From Nitrospirota bacterium (GTDB taxonomy: Bacteria > Nitrospirota > Thermodesulfovibrionia > Thermodesulfovibrionales > UBA9159): DNA of 64,000 nucleotides. The first letter of the stretch is position 1. Every line of letters starts with the position of its first letter. Location of the stretch: assembly GCA_963699545.1 (NCBI GenBank), contig CAVOUE010000005.1, forward strand, positions 384,001 through 448,000, given 5' to 3'. The notes under the pieces are model-generated. The model worked only from the letters and a program-made list of their open reading frames with translations, was not told the origin of the DNA and made no database searches. Below, piece after piece: positions 39,748 to 49,983 of this stretch. The translations under genes and the position numbers were made by a program.

Positions 39748-40017
39748 ATGTCACGAATGAACTGCTGGGAATTCAAGAAGTGCGGGAGAAACAAAAAGAA
39801 CGAACTCGGCATTTGTCCTGCGGTGACCGAGGTCAGGGCTCACGGAGTGAACGGCGGTCGGAACGCGGGGAGAGTCTGCTGGGCAGTTGCCGGGACATAC
39901 TGCGCAGGAGAAGTTCAGGGCGTCTATGCGCAAAAGCTCACCACATGCGTGGCATGCGATTTTCGTCTGAAGGTGCAGGAAGAGGCGTCCTATAAGTTCG
40001 AGCCGATCTTCATTTGA
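39748..40017 (+). CDS. Two-CW-domain Cys-rich small protein
   Basis: NCWEFKKCGR...CPA...GRVCWAVAGTYC...CVACDF. Confidence 0.8.
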   Translation: MSRMNCWEFKKCGRNKKNELGICPAVTEVRAHGVNGGRNAGRVCWAVAGTYCAGEVQGVYAQKLTTCVACDFRLKVQEEASYKFEPIFI

Positions 40018-40207
40018 GCTTTGGTTCTGACCGGGAGGTGAGGGAAAATCGAACATGCATTTTCATAATTTCTTCACATTTGCGAGTTAACCTACCAGTA
40101 ACTTCTCCACCCTCCGGCAGCCAAGGACCCCCCTCCTTGGCTGCCTTTCATTTTTTGAGGGCAACTTCCTGCTCCCGGTGATACGGTACAACGCCAAAGA
40201 CAGTGGC

Positions 40208-40624
40208 TCATTCCCCGATAATCTTTACCAGCACCCGCTTCTTCCGTCTTCCGTCGAACTCCCCATAGAATATCTGCTCCCACGGGCCGAGATCGAGGGT
40301 TCCCGCGCTTACCGCCACCACAGTCTCTCTCCCCATGATCTGCCTTTTGAGATGGGCATCGGCATTATCCTCTCCGGTATTATGCAGGTACTGCGAAACA
40401 GGCTCATGGGGGGCAAGTCTTTCGAGCCACACGTCAAAATCCTTGTGGAGTCCGGATTCGTCGTCATTCACAAAGACGGATGCGGTGATATGCATGGCAT
40501 TTACAAGAACAATCCCTTCCCTGATACCGCTTTCCCTCAGGCACTCCTCAACCTGCGGGGTAATGTTGATGAAGGCCCTGCGGGAAGGCACGTTGAACCA
40601 GAGTTCCTTTCGATAGCTTCTCAT
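40208..40624 (-). CDS. yjbQ: YjbQ (UPF0047) family protein
   Basis: [33 protein letters not shown]. Confidence 0.93.
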   Translation of the reverse strand: MRSYRKELWFNVPSRRAFINITPQVEECLRESGIREGIVLVNAMHITASVFVNDDESGLHKDFDVWLERLAPHEPVSQYLHNTGEDNADAHLKRQIMGRETVVAVSAGTLDLGPWEQIFYGEFDGRRKKRVLVKIIGE

Positions 40625-40836
40625 CGCTTCCTCCTTTAGTGTACTCGCACCATAGTGCAGCCCCTGTTCATTTCATTGCCGCTATTAGCCTAACCGCAGA
40701 AGGCGTTGAGTTTCAAGGCGCAGGCGGAGGGAATCGGCGAAAAAATCCGCGCGTTGTCTTCTTCGTCCCTCTTCGATTACAATGAAAGCAACGATCACCG
40801 TATGGAGAACGGGACGAAGAAACTCAGGGAGGTCTC

Positions 40837-41040
40837 ATGACTGACATAACGATCAAGGTCGAAGGGATGACCTGCATGCACTGCGTGATGCGGGTAAAGA
40901 AAGCCGTCGAAAGCGTAAGGGGCGTTCAAAGCTCCGATGTGCAGATCGGGACGGTGAAGGTCACCTTTGATGAGGCAGCGGTGAAGAAGGAAGATATCGA
41001 GCAAGCGATTACCAGCGCGGGATATAAGGTGGCGGCCTGA
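40837..41040 (+). CDS. Heavy-metal-associated (CopZ-like) chaperone
   Basis: VEGMTCMHCV...AGY; GGAGG RBS. Confidence 0.92.
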   Translation: MTDITIKVEGMTCMHCVMRVKKAVESVRGVQSSDVQIGTVKVTFDEAAVKKEDIEQAITSAGYKVAA

Positions 41041-41053
41041 CCCCGGAGAAGGC

Positions 41054-43108
41054 CTACGTTCCCCTTACCGTGCCGCCGGTTTTGGCAGTTATGTATGCGG
41101 TCAGACTTCCGTGAAGCTCTTCGATCTCGGAATCGGTAAGGGTCCTGTCCTTTGCCCGGTATCGTACCGTAAAGGCAAGGCTCTTTTTCCCTCCCGGGAT
41201 ATTCTTCCCCTTATAGAAATCGAACAGTGATATATCCTCTATGAGTTCCGTGGGGTAAGCCCTCAGATGCTCCATGATGGCTGCTGCGGGGAGGGACCCA
41301 TCGACCACAAGGGCCATATCCCTGTCAATGAAAGGGTATCTCGGAAGAGGACTATATTTTGCCCCTCCGCTCACCGACGCCAGAAGTGTATCAAGGTTCA
41401 TCTCCACCACGATGATGTCCTGCTGTGACACCTTCAGAGAGAGTTTTTCGACGATGTCAGGATGGAGCGCCCCGAGGAAACCGATCTTCTTTCCCGACAC
41501 CGCGATATCTCCGGATTTCCCGGGGTGCAAGAAGGGTTCTGAGGAAGGCTGGAAGAGGTGATCGCCGATCCTGAGATCATCCAGCAAAGACTGAACCGCC
41601 CCTTTCACAATATAGAAGTCAGGGGTTTCCTCCTTCCAGAGAGAAGGCGTCTTCTCCCTGAAATAGAGAGCGCCCATATGGTGCTCTTCATCGGGAAGGG
41701 CCTCGCCTCTGTCGATGAAGATACGGGAGATCTCAAAAAGACGAAGGTCCCTGCTCCCCATGGAGACGTTATGGAGAAGATTCCGGATGAGGGATGGCAC
41801 GAGCGTGGTCCTCAGATGGGATTCCTCTTCATTGATGGGATTCCTCAGGACAAGAGCCCTGCGCCGGGAATCACTTTCTCCGATGTTGAGGACGTCGAGC
41901 ATCCGGGGATCCATGAAGCTATAGTTGATGGCCTCGGTGAACCCTGCACTCCGGAAGGATTCCTTCACCCTTGCCATACCGTGGTAGCGCGTATCTTTCG
42001 CCTCTTTTGAGATCGGGATCTTCGGGACCGTGACCGGAATCCTGTCGAATCCATGGAACCGTGCGATCTCCTCTATGAGATCGATCTCTTTCTGTATGTC
42101 ACCCCTGAAAGAAGGTGGGGTCACCACAAATCCTTTCGGTCCTTTTCCCACTTTCATGCCGAGCCGCTGTGCTATGTCAATCATCTCATCAGGGGGGATG
42201 GAAGTGCCGAGTATCCTGTTCACCCGGTTGTATCTCACCTCTATCCCGTATGCCTGGAAGGGCTTTGGATACACGTCCACCAGCCTCGAAACTCTTCCGC
42301 CGGCATGAACAGCCATTAATGAGGCAGCCCTGTCCAGGGCCTTTTCAAGAAGCTCGATATCCGTACCCCGTTCAAAACGGTATGCGGATTCCGTCTTCAG
42401 ACCCAGAGCCTTGGAAGTCCTTCGTATGGATGACGGGAGAAAGTATGCGCTCTCAAGGAAAATATTCTTCGTTTCTTCCTTCACCTCTGTCTCAGCGCCG
42501 CCCATGACTCCTGCCACCGCCACGGGCCGCTCACCGTCCCAGATGAGGAGAGCATCCTCAGGGAGAGAGCGTTCCGTCCCGTCAAGGGTCGTTATCGCGC
42601 TGCCCGCAGCTCGTGCAACTCTGATCGTACTTCTCTTGAGGGTATCCATGTCGAAAGCGTGTAAGGGGTGCCCCATCTCCAGGAGAACATAGTTCGTGAT
42701 ATCAACGACGTTGTTGATGGGCCTCATGCCGCATTTTTCGAGCCGCCTTTTCATCCATGCGGGTGAGTCCCCGATGGTCACTCCCTTGATATCCCTCCCT
42801 GCATACCGGTGGCAGAGATCCTCGTCCGATATCTCAACATGGACCATTGAGGGACCGCCCTCTTCTCTGACCTTATACTCAGGGAACTTCAGGGGGACGG
42901 CAAGGAGCGCTGAAACCTCCCGGGCAATGCCCAATATGCTGAGGCAATCAGGCCTGTTCGGAGTGACATTCACCTCAAGGACGGTATCGTCCTCCATCTT
43001 CTCCACGCCTTCGACCTCAAGCCCGACCATGGTTAGTTTCAGGATGAGATCATCGGTGCTTACGGGATAATCGACAAACTCTTTAAGCCATTCAAGAGGA
43101 ACGCGCAT
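41054..43108 (-). CDS. pheT: Phenylalanine-tRNA ligase beta subunit (short form)
   Basis: TPNRPDCLS, NNVVDITNYV, RFERG, DLIEEIAR, C-terminal KKSLAF. Confidence 0.97.
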   Translation of the reverse strand: MRVPLEWLKEFVDYPVSTDDLILKLTMVGLEVEGVEKMEDDTVLEVNVTPNRPDCLSILGIAREVSALLAVPLKFPEYKVREEGGPSMVHVEISDEDLCHRYAGRDIKGVTIGDSPAWMKRRLEKCGMRPINNVVDITNYVLLEMGHPLHAFDMDTLKRSTIRVARAAGSAITTLDGTERSLPEDALLIWDGERPVAVAGVMGGAETEVKEETKNIFLESAYFLPSSIRRTSKALGLKTESAYRFERGTDIELLEKALDRAASLMAVHAGGRVSRLVDVYPKPFQAYGIEVRYNRVNRILGTSIPPDEMIDIAQRLGMKVGKGPKGFVVTPPSFRGDIQKEIDLIEEIARFHGFDRIPVTVPKIPISKEAKDTRYHGMARVKESFRSAGFTEAINYSFMDPRMLDVLNIGESDSRRRALVLRNPINEEESHLRTTLVPSLIRNLLHNVSMGSRDLRLFEISRIFIDRGEALPDEEHHMGALYFREKTPSLWKEETPDFYIVKGAVQSLLDDLRIGDHLFQPSSEPFLHPGKSGDIAVSGKKIGFLGALHPDIVEKLSLKVSQQDIIVVEMNLDTLLASVSGGAKYSPLPRYPFIDRDMALVVDGSLPAAAIMEHLRAYPTELIEDISLFDFYKGKNIPGGKKSLAFTVRYRAKDRTLTDSEIEELHGSLTAYITAKTGGTVRGT

Positions 43109-43109
43109 A

Positions 43110-44123
43110 TTAAAACTGCCTCAGAAACCGTATATCGTTCTCGTAGAACATCCTGATATCATCTATGGAATACTTAAGCATGGCCAATCTCTCCACTCCC
43201 ATGCCGAAGGCGAAACCCGTGTATCTCTCAGGGTCATAGCCCACCATCTCGAATACCTTCGGGTTCACCATCCCTGAACCGAGCACTTCAAGCCATCCTG
43301 ACCCCTTGCATACCCTGCACCCTGAGCCGGAACAGAGGATACAGCCGATATCGACCTCAGCGCTCGGCTCTGTGAACGGGAAAAAGCTCGGACGGAACCT
43401 CACCGGCGTATCCTTCGAGAACATGAGATGGACAAAGATCTCAAGAACGCCCTTGAGATCGCTGAAGGAGATATCGGTATCCACCACCAGCCCCTCCACC
43501 TGGTGGAACATGGGCGTATGGGACACATCTGCATCACAACGGTACACCTTTCCCGGTGCGATGAACCTCAGGGGCGGTTTCCTCCTCTCCATGGTCCTCA
43601 CCTGGACCGGGGAGGTGTGGGTCCTGAGGATAACGTCATCACTGATATAAAAGGTATCCTGCATATCTCTGGCGGGATGGTCCCGGGGGATGTTCAGCGC
43701 CTCGAAATTGTAATGATCGAGTTCCACCTCAGGGCCGACCTCGGTATCAAAGCCCATGCTCACGAATATGTCGATGATCTCTCTCAGTACCGTGCTGATG
43801 GGGTGCATCTTCCCGGGCTTTGTATACTTCCCCGGCAGGGTAATGTCGATGGCGTCAGCGGTGATCTTACTGCGGCGTTCTGCGTCCTTGATCCCGGATT
43901 CCTTGCCGTCGATCTCACTCTCGATGAACGTCTTCAGTTCGTTCATCAGCTTCCCATAGGCGGGCCGCTCCTCTGCCGGGACGGTCGAGAGGAGTTTGAG
44001 CTTGGAGGTGAGGAGACCCTTCTTTCCCAGGTATTTCACCTTCAATAGCTGGAGATCAGCGGACGTCCCTGCGGCACCGAGATCATCCAAGAATGTCTTC
44101 TTGATATCCTGTAAATCTTCCAT
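43110..44123 (-). CDS. pheS: Phenylalanine-tRNA ligase alpha subunit
   Basis: HPARDMQDTFY, LRTHTSPVQ, FRPSFFPFTEPS, FAFGMGVERL. Confidence 0.98.
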   Translation of the reverse strand: MEDLQDIKKTFLDDLGAAGTSADLQLLKVKYLGKKGLLTSKLKLLSTVPAEERPAYGKLMNELKTFIESEIDGKESGIKDAERRSKITADAIDITLPGKYTKPGKMHPISTVLREIIDIFVSMGFDTEVGPEVELDHYNFEALNIPRDHPARDMQDTFYISDDVILRTHTSPVQVRTMERRKPPLRFIAPGKVYRCDADVSHTPMFHQVEGLVVDTDISFSDLKGVLEIFVHLMFSKDTPVRFRPSFFPFTEPSAEVDIGCILCSGSGCRVCKGSGWLEVLGSGMVNPKVFEMVGYDPERYTGFAFGMGVERLAMLKYSIDDIRMFYENDIRFLRQF

Positions 44124-44203
44124 AGATAAATACGCCAATCCCCCTTCGTCTCCCTTCGAGTAAAGGGGATCCAGGGGGATTGAAAAAATACTCCCGTGGT
44201 TAA

Positions 44204-44563
44204 TTACGAAGCGAGTTTCTGTTTTACGGTCTCGGTGATCCGGCTGAACGCCTCCGGATCATCATACGCCATATGGGCAAGGGCCTTCCTGTCAAGCCCG
44301 ATCTCCGCCTTCTTTACTCCCGACATGAACTGGCCGTAGGTGAGCCCGAGCGCTCTCACCGCGGCATTGATCCTTATGATCCAGAGGGACCTGAATTCCC
44401 GCTTCTTGACCTTCCTGTCCCTGTAGGAATACTGCAGCGCCTTATCCACCGCCTCCGTTGCTATCCGGAAAAGACGGCTTTTGGCTCCATAGTAGCCCTT
44501 GGCCCTCTCCAGTATCTTCTTCCTTCTTCTCCTTGTCTTGAAACCACCCTTTGCTCTCGGCAT
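44204..44563 (-). CDS. rplT: 50S ribosomal protein L20
   Basis: [27 protein letters not shown]. Confidence 0.99.
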   Translation of the reverse strand: MPRAKGGFKTRRRRKKILERAKGYYGAKSRLFRIATEAVDKALQYSYRDRKVKKREFRSLWIIRINAAVRALGLTYGQFMSGVKKAEIGLDRKALAHMAYDDPEAFSRITETVKQKLAS

Positions 44564-44615
44564 CTATCCCTCCTTAAACTTTATTGCTTCCTTTCAGCCT
44601 CTCAACAGTTCTTCA

Positions 44616-44813
44616 CTACTTGTACGGAATAAGTCTCTTGATATTCGCTTCGTCGGTCTTCGCAACCAGCGTGCTGGTCCTCAGGTGCCTCATTCTCTTT
44701 GAAGGCTTTCCGGTAAGGATATGGCTTTTGTACGCCTTGCTGCGCTTGACCTTTCCCGTTCCGGTAACCTTGAACCTCTTCGCGGCTCCTCTATGCGTTT
44801 TAAGTTTGGGCAT
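44616..44813 (-). CDS. rpmI: 50S ribosomal protein L35
   Basis: [30 protein letters not shown]. Confidence 0.98.
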   Translation of the reverse strand: MPKLKTHRGAAKRFKVTGTGKVKRSKAYKSHILTGKPSKRMRHLRTSTLVAKTDEANIKRLIPYK

Positions 44814-44826
44814 GGAATCCTCCTGA

Positions 44827-45333
44827 TTATTTCGGTGACACCACCATTGTAATATTCTTGCCTTCCTGTCTCGGCGCCTGTTCCAGTGTGAATTTTCCGT
44901 CAAGATACTGCATCAGTCTATCAAAAACCTTCATGCCGAGATCAGGCCTTACCATTTCTCTTCCCCTGAAGAACATCGTGACCTTGGCCTTATTGCCGTC
45001 ATCGAGGAAACGCCGTATGTTCCTGGCCTTCAGTTCCAGGTCATGCTCGCCTATCTGGGGCCTCAGCTTCACCTCTTTCACCTCGATGGTCTTCCTCGAC
45101 GTATGCTTCTTGCTGAGCTGATACTTGTACTTGCCGAAGTCCATTATCTTGCATACGGGGGGCACGGAATTCGGAGCCACCTCCACAAGATCAAAACCCC
45201 TTTCATCCGCCAGCCTGAGGGCCTCTGCAAGGGGCACTACGCCCGCCTGCGACCCGTCCGCGTCGATAAGCCTGACCGTCTTTGCATGGATCCTTGTGTT
45301 TACCCTTATTTCTTTGCCGATGTCCTTGCTTAT
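44827..45333 (-). CDS. infC: Translation initiation factor IF-3 (AUA start)
   Basis: AGGAGG-7 nt-ATA at 45333, in frame with RVNTRI...VRLID...DLVEVAP...[14 protein letters not shown]. Confidence 0.95.
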   Translation of the reverse strand: MSKDIGKEIRVNTRIHAKTVRLIDADGSQAGVVPLAEALRLADERGFDLVEVAPNSVPPVCKIMDFGKYKYQLSKKHTSRKTIEVKEVKLRPQIGEHDLELKARNIRRFLDDGNKAKVTMFFRGREMVRPDLGMKVFDRLMQYLDGKFTLEQAPRQEGKNITMVVSPK

Positions 45334-45337
45334 ACTA

Positions 45338-47254
45338 TCACCTCCTGAGTGTAATATCCTCTCTTATGAGCTCCAATAAATTCTCAACCGTCATGGAGCC
45401 AAGGTCCTCTCCGTTCTGTCTCCTTACGGAAAGTGTGGCCTCCGTGATTTCCCTGTCGCCTATTATAACCAAATAGGGTATTTTTCTGATAGTGGCTTCC
45501 CTGATCTTATGCCCTATCTTTTCATTGTCCAGATTCGCTTCCGTCCTTATCCCTCCGGCCTTGAATATCCGTGTCACCTTTCCGGCATATTCAGAGTGCC
45601 TCTCTGCTATGGTGAGAACGGCCACCTGAACAGGAGCGAGCCAGACAGGGAAGAGACCGGCATAATGCTCGATGAGGATACCGAAGAAACGTTCGAGGGA
45701 GCCCATCAGCGCCCTGTGAATCATGATGGGTCTGTGTTCCTTGCCGTCGGCCCCCCTGTAAGAGACATCGAATCTCTCCGGGTTGTTGAAGTCGACCTGA
45801 ATGGTGCTGCACTGCCAGGCCCTCTTGAGAGAATCCTTTACCTTGATGTCGATCTTCGGTCCATAGAAGACCCCTTCACCGGGATCTATGGAATAGGATA
45901 ACCCCTTCACCTCAAGCGCCCGCTTCAACGCCTCGGTGGAACGCTCCCAGCTCTCCGGGGTCCCGACGTACTTTTCCGGCCTCGTGGAGAGATAGACATC
46001 ATACTCACGGAAGCCGAAGGTCTTCAGAATGAAGAGGGTAAAATCCAGGACACTGAGGATCTCCTCTTCGATCTGGTCTTCCCTGCAGAAGATATGGGCA
46101 TCATCCTGCGTAAACCCCCTGACCCTCAAAAGCCCGTGGAGAACGCCTGAGCGCTCATACCGGTAGACCGTGCCCAGTTCGGCATAGCGTATGGGGAGGT
46201 CCCGGTAACTCCTGAGGTTGCTCTTATAGATCTGGAGGTGGAAGGGGCAGTTCATGGGTTTCAACTCATATTCCAGTCCCTCTATCTCCATGGGGGAATA
46301 CATGTTCTCACGGTAAAAATCCCAGTGCCCGCTTTTCTGCCAGAGGTTCAGTTTTGCGATGTGCGGAGAAAAGAGGATCTTATAGTCTGCCTTGGCGTGT
46401 TCATCCCTCCAGAAGTCCTCGATCGCCCTTCTTATAACAGCGCCGTTGGGATGCCACAATATGAGGCCGGGACCGATATCATCGCTCACACTGAAGAGGT
46501 CAAGCTCCTTACCGAGCCTCCTGTGGTCTCTCTTTTTCACCTCTTCCAGAAAGGCCAGATACTCTTTCAGGTCTTTTTCCCTGTCAAATGCAGTGCCGTA
46601 GATGCGCTGGAGCATCTTCTTCTTTTCATCGCCCCTCCAGTATGCACCCGCAATGCTGAGAAGTTTAAAGGCCTTGATAGCTCCGGTGGTCGGAACGTGG
46701 GGCCCCCTGCAAAGGTCTACGAAACCGCCTTCTTCATAGAGCGACACGGAATCATCCGCTATCTCATTGAGCAGTTCGACCTTGTAGTCCTGCCCCGCGT
46801 CTCTGAAGAGCTGTATCGCTTCGTTCTTTGGAAGGTCCTTACGGATGAATGGTCTGTTCTCCTTTATGATCTCCGCCATCTTCTTCTCGATCAGCTCAAG
46901 GTCTTCAGGGGTGAGGGGCCGGTCAAGATCAAAGTCATAGTAGAACCCCTCTTCCGTTGACGGACCGATGGCAAGCTTTACCTTGAAGCCGAAAATGGTC
47001 TGGACAGCGTGCGCCATAATATGGGATGCGCTGTGGCGGTAAATCTCTTTCCCCTCAGCAGATTCAAAGGTCACCGGCTCAAAGGTAGCCTCATCACCGA
47101 CATCCTTCAGCTGTGACAGGTCCTGCAGACCACCGTCTGCCTTGACCGCAACGGCCCTGGCTTTCTTCAGCTCTTTCTGAATGTCAGGAAGGGCACCGGA
47201 GACCTCGCTTCCATCAGGATACCTTATCTTGATCTCAACACCTCCATTAAGCAA
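45338..47254 (-). CDS. thrS: Threonine-tRNA ligase (start uncertain: TTG 47254 or ATC 47233)
   Basis: HSASH, DLCRGPH, RDHRRLG, KPMNCP, RVRGFTQDDAH, FYGPKID. Confidence 0.98.
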   Translation of the reverse strand: MLNGGVEIKIRYPDGSEVSGALPDIQKELKKARAVAVKADGGLQDLSQLKDVGDEATFEPVTFESAEGKEIYRHSASHIMAHAVQTIFGFKVKLAIGPSTEEGFYYDFDLDRPLTPEDLELIEKKMAEIIKENRPFIRKDLPKNEAIQLFRDAGQDYKVELLNEIADDSVSLYEEGGFVDLCRGPHVPTTGAIKAFKLLSIAGAYWRGDEKKKMLQRIYGTAFDREKDLKEYLAFLEEVKKRDHRRLGKELDLFSVSDDIGPGLILWHPNGAVIRRAIEDFWRDEHAKADYKILFSPHIAKLNLWQKSGHWDFYRENMYSPMEIEGLEYELKPMNCPFHLQIYKSNLRSYRDLPIRYAELGTVYRYERSGVLHGLLRVRGFTQDDAHIFCREDQIEEEILSVLDFTLFILKTFGFREYDVYLSTRPEKYVGTPESWERSTEALKRALEVKGLSYSIDPGEGVFYGPKIDIKVKDSLKRAWQCSTIQVDFNNPERFDVSYRGADGKEHRPIMIHRALMGSLERFFGILIEHYAGLFPVWLAPVQVAVLTIAERHSEYAGKVTRIFKAGGIRTEANLDNEKIGHKIREATIRKIPYLVIIGDREITEATLSVRRQNGEDLGSMTVENLLELIREDITLRR

Positions 47255-47389
47255 TTAGATATCATACACAGTTTCCTCTTGTTTTTCAATGCCTTGTCTT
47301 TGTTCTTTGCGCTGTCTGACAGGCAGGATGACCGAAGGGTGGAGACGCGATGAAAGGGGGTGATATTTCCGGCAACCACACCGGGGAAA

Positions 47390-48902
47390 CTAAGCCCCCT
47401 GCTTCCTTCTCGCCGCCAGCTTGTTCAGGGCATTGATGTATGCCTTTGCCGCAGCAACGATGATGTCCGTGTCAGCGCCCTGCCCCCTCACCTTTACTCC
47501 ATCCTCTTCAAGAGATACGAGGACCTCGCCGAGGGCGTCGGTACCGCCGGTGATGCTCTTGACCTCGAACTTGAGGAGATTGCTTTTCGTCTCGGTGATC
47601 GCTGAGATCGCCCGGTACACCGCATCCACCGGTCCGTCGCCATGGGCCACCGTCTCCACGGTCCGGTCACGCACGATAAGCTTGAGCGTAGCGGTGGGCC
47701 TCACGTTGATACCGCTGGATAGGGAAAGATCGGCAAGGCTGTATGTCTCGGGTATCTTTGACACCTCTTCCGAAACCAGGGTCGCGATGTCATCATCGAA
47801 GATATCCTTCTTCTGGTCCGCAAGGTGCTTGAACTTACGAAAGGCTGTCTCGATCTCTTCATCGCTGAGCTCATACCCCAGTTCCCTGAGCCTTTCCTTG
47901 AAGGCATGCCGGCCTGAATGTTTTCCGAGAACGAGCTCTGTCTGTTTCAGCCCGACATCTTCAGGACGCATGATCTCATAGGTCATCTTCTCCTTCAGGA
48001 GGCCGTCCTGATGAATGCCTGATTCATGGGCAAAGGCATTGGCGCCCACGATCGCCTTGTTCGGCTGCACCGGTATGCCCGTTATTCTCGTAAGGAGTCT
48101 GCTGGTGCGGATGATCTCCCGGGTGTTGATATTGGTCGTGGCCTGGTAGAAGTCCTTCCGGGTCCTGAGGCTCATCACCACCTCTTCCATGGAACAGTTG
48201 CCGGCCCGTTCACCGATACCGTTCACTGTGCATTCCACCTGACCCGCGCCGTTCATGATGGCCGAAAGAGAGTTTGCCACAGCAAGGCCGAGGTCATTAT
48301 GACAGTGCACAGAGATCACCGCTCTGTCTCCGATCCTTTCCTTGATGGCCCTGATCATGCTTCCGAATTCCACAGGAGTGGTGTAACCCACCGTGTCGGG
48401 GATATTCACGGTCGACGCCCCGGCATCGATCACGGCCATGACAACATCCAGCAGATAGGGGAGCTCCGTTCTCGTAGCATCCATGGGAGAGAACTCCACA
48501 TCTTCCACAAGGCTCTGTGCCAGTTTCACCATTTCTGCTGATCTCCTCAACGCCTCTTCACGGCTCACCCTGAACTGATGCTTCAGGTGGATATCTGATG
48601 TCGAATGAAAGGTGTGGATTCTTCCGCTGGGGGGCATCCTTTACCGCCTCGAAAGCCCTCCTGATATCATCCTCCTTGGCCCTCGCAAGACCGGCAATGA
48701 TGGCTCCCCTGACCTCGCCGGCGATCCTTTTTACGGCCTCGAAATCCCCTGGCGAGGCGATGGGGAATCCGGCCTCGATGATATCCACTCCCAGCCTCAC
48801 CAGCTGCTTTGCAAGCTGGATCTTCTCATCCACGTTCATGGACGCACCGGGTGACTGTTCCCCGTCACGAAGCGTTGTATCAAATATTCTGATGACTCTC
48901 AT
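47390..48902 (-). CDS. leuA: 2-isopropylmalate synthase; apparent frameshift near 48632
   Basis: [13 protein letters not shown] in ORF 48558-48902; [32 protein letters not shown] in ORF 47390-48637. Removing one C from a C6 run joins them. Confidence 0.93.
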
Positions 48903-49743
48903 CTTTTTCCTCGGCAGGCTCCGGAGAATACTTCTTTTCTTCCTCGTTTTTCCGTGACCCTTCCAGAAGCTGCCCCTTCTCCAGAAGTTTTGTCCTCTTT
49001 CTCTTTATGAAAAGGTGCACGTTCTCAATTATACCCCAAACCAGGTACGCCATCGCAAAAATGAATATGGCGGTGGAAGGGTGCACGAAGAGAACAAAAA
49101 GAATTATGACAAAGACGATGAGAAACCAGAAAGGCTTCTTCTCCCTGAAGTCGATCTCCTTGAGGCCGTGATAGCGGATGGTGCTGACCATGAGGAGGGA
49201 AAGCAATATGGTGATGACAAGGAAGAAGACATTTTTTTCAGGAAGCCCTTTCCAGTAATCGTAATAAAAAATGACGATGGAAGACATAACCGTAGCAGCC
49301 CCGGGGATGGGCATTCCCTTGAATGACTTTAATCCTGGCGTGCCGGTCTGTATGTTGAACCGGGCGAGCCTCAATGCGCCGCAGGCCACAAAAAGGAACG
49401 CTGCCGCCCACCCGACCCTTCCAAAGGGCATAAGGGCCCATTTATACATCATTACCGAAGGGGCAACGCCGAACGCCACGAGGTCCGAAAGGGAATCCAG
49501 CTCGATCCCGAAGCGTGTCGATGTGTTGGTGAGACGGGCGATCCAGCCGTCAAGACCGTCAAAGACATTGGCAAGGACAATGGCCCACGCGGCGTAGAGA
49601 AAATTTCCGTTGATCGCCGAAAGGATCGCGAAAAAGCCGCAGAACATACCGCAAAGGGTAAGGGTGTTGGGTAAAAGGTATATCCCTTTCTTCGGCTGCT
49701 TTTCCGCGTTCCTCTTATGCTTAAGACCCATAACCATCGGCAC
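48880..49743 (-). CDS. pssA: CDP-diacylglycerol--serine O-phosphatidyltransferase
   Basis: [16 protein letters not shown]...[26 protein letters not shown]. Confidence 0.95.
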   Translation of the reverse strand: MPMVMGLKHKRNAEKQPKKGIYLLPNTLTLCGMFCGFFAILSAINGNFLYAAWAIVLANVFDGLDGWIARLTNTSTRFGIELDSLSDLVAFGVAPSVMMYKWALMPFGRVGWAAAFLFVACGALRLARFNIQTGTPGLKSFKGMPIPGAATVMSSIVIFYYDYWKGLPEKNVFFLVITILLSLLMVSTIRYHGLKEIDFREKKPFWFLIVFVIILFVLFVHPSTAIFIFAMAYLVWGIIENVHLFIKRKRTKLLEKGQLLEGSRKNEEEKKYSPEPAEEKDESHQNI

Positions 49744-49847
49744 GTACGGTCCTCCTTCGTTTCTCCTGGCTGTATTATAATAAAAAAATGATATATCTGC
49801 TTGAGAAATAAGCCCCTTTCCACAGGCTGCGCCTTTTTATACCACTG

Positions 49848-49876
49848 TTGACTTAAGAAAGTCTATCTGATATCTT
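49848..49876 (+). promoter_or_regulatory. Sigma70-type promoter for the riboswitch leader
   Basis: TTGACT-17 bp-TATCTT, 10 nt before the aptamer. Confidence 0.7.
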
Positions 49877-49886
49877 ACCTTCAAAG

Positions 49887-49940
49887 GGCGATGGAGTTCG
49901 CCATTAACCGTCCCGAAGAATCGGGACTGATGACTCCTAC
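49887..49940 (+). ncRNA. Fluoride (crcB-motif) riboswitch
   Basis: GGCGATGGAGTTCGCC-ATTAACC-GTCCCGA-aga-a-TCGGGAC-TGATGACTCCTAC: P1 GGCGA/TCGCC, P2 hairpin, pseudoknot GGAGT/ACTCC, 3' CTAC. Confidence 0.95.
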
Positions 49941-49965
49941 CAAATAGACTTTGGTAGGATTTTTT
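49935..49965 (+). terminator. Riboswitch expression-platform terminator
   Basis: TCCTACCAAA-tagac-TTTGGTAGGA-TTTTTT; left arm overlaps the aptamer 3' end. Confidence 0.9.
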
Positions 49966-49983
49966 GTTTCTGGAGGGCACTCA

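Noticed and set aside
44136-44182. Hairpin between rplT and pheS as a Phe attenuator or T-box
   Set aside because: The gap is about 80 bp with no Phe-rich leader ORF or T-box motif; left as an unassigned hairpin.
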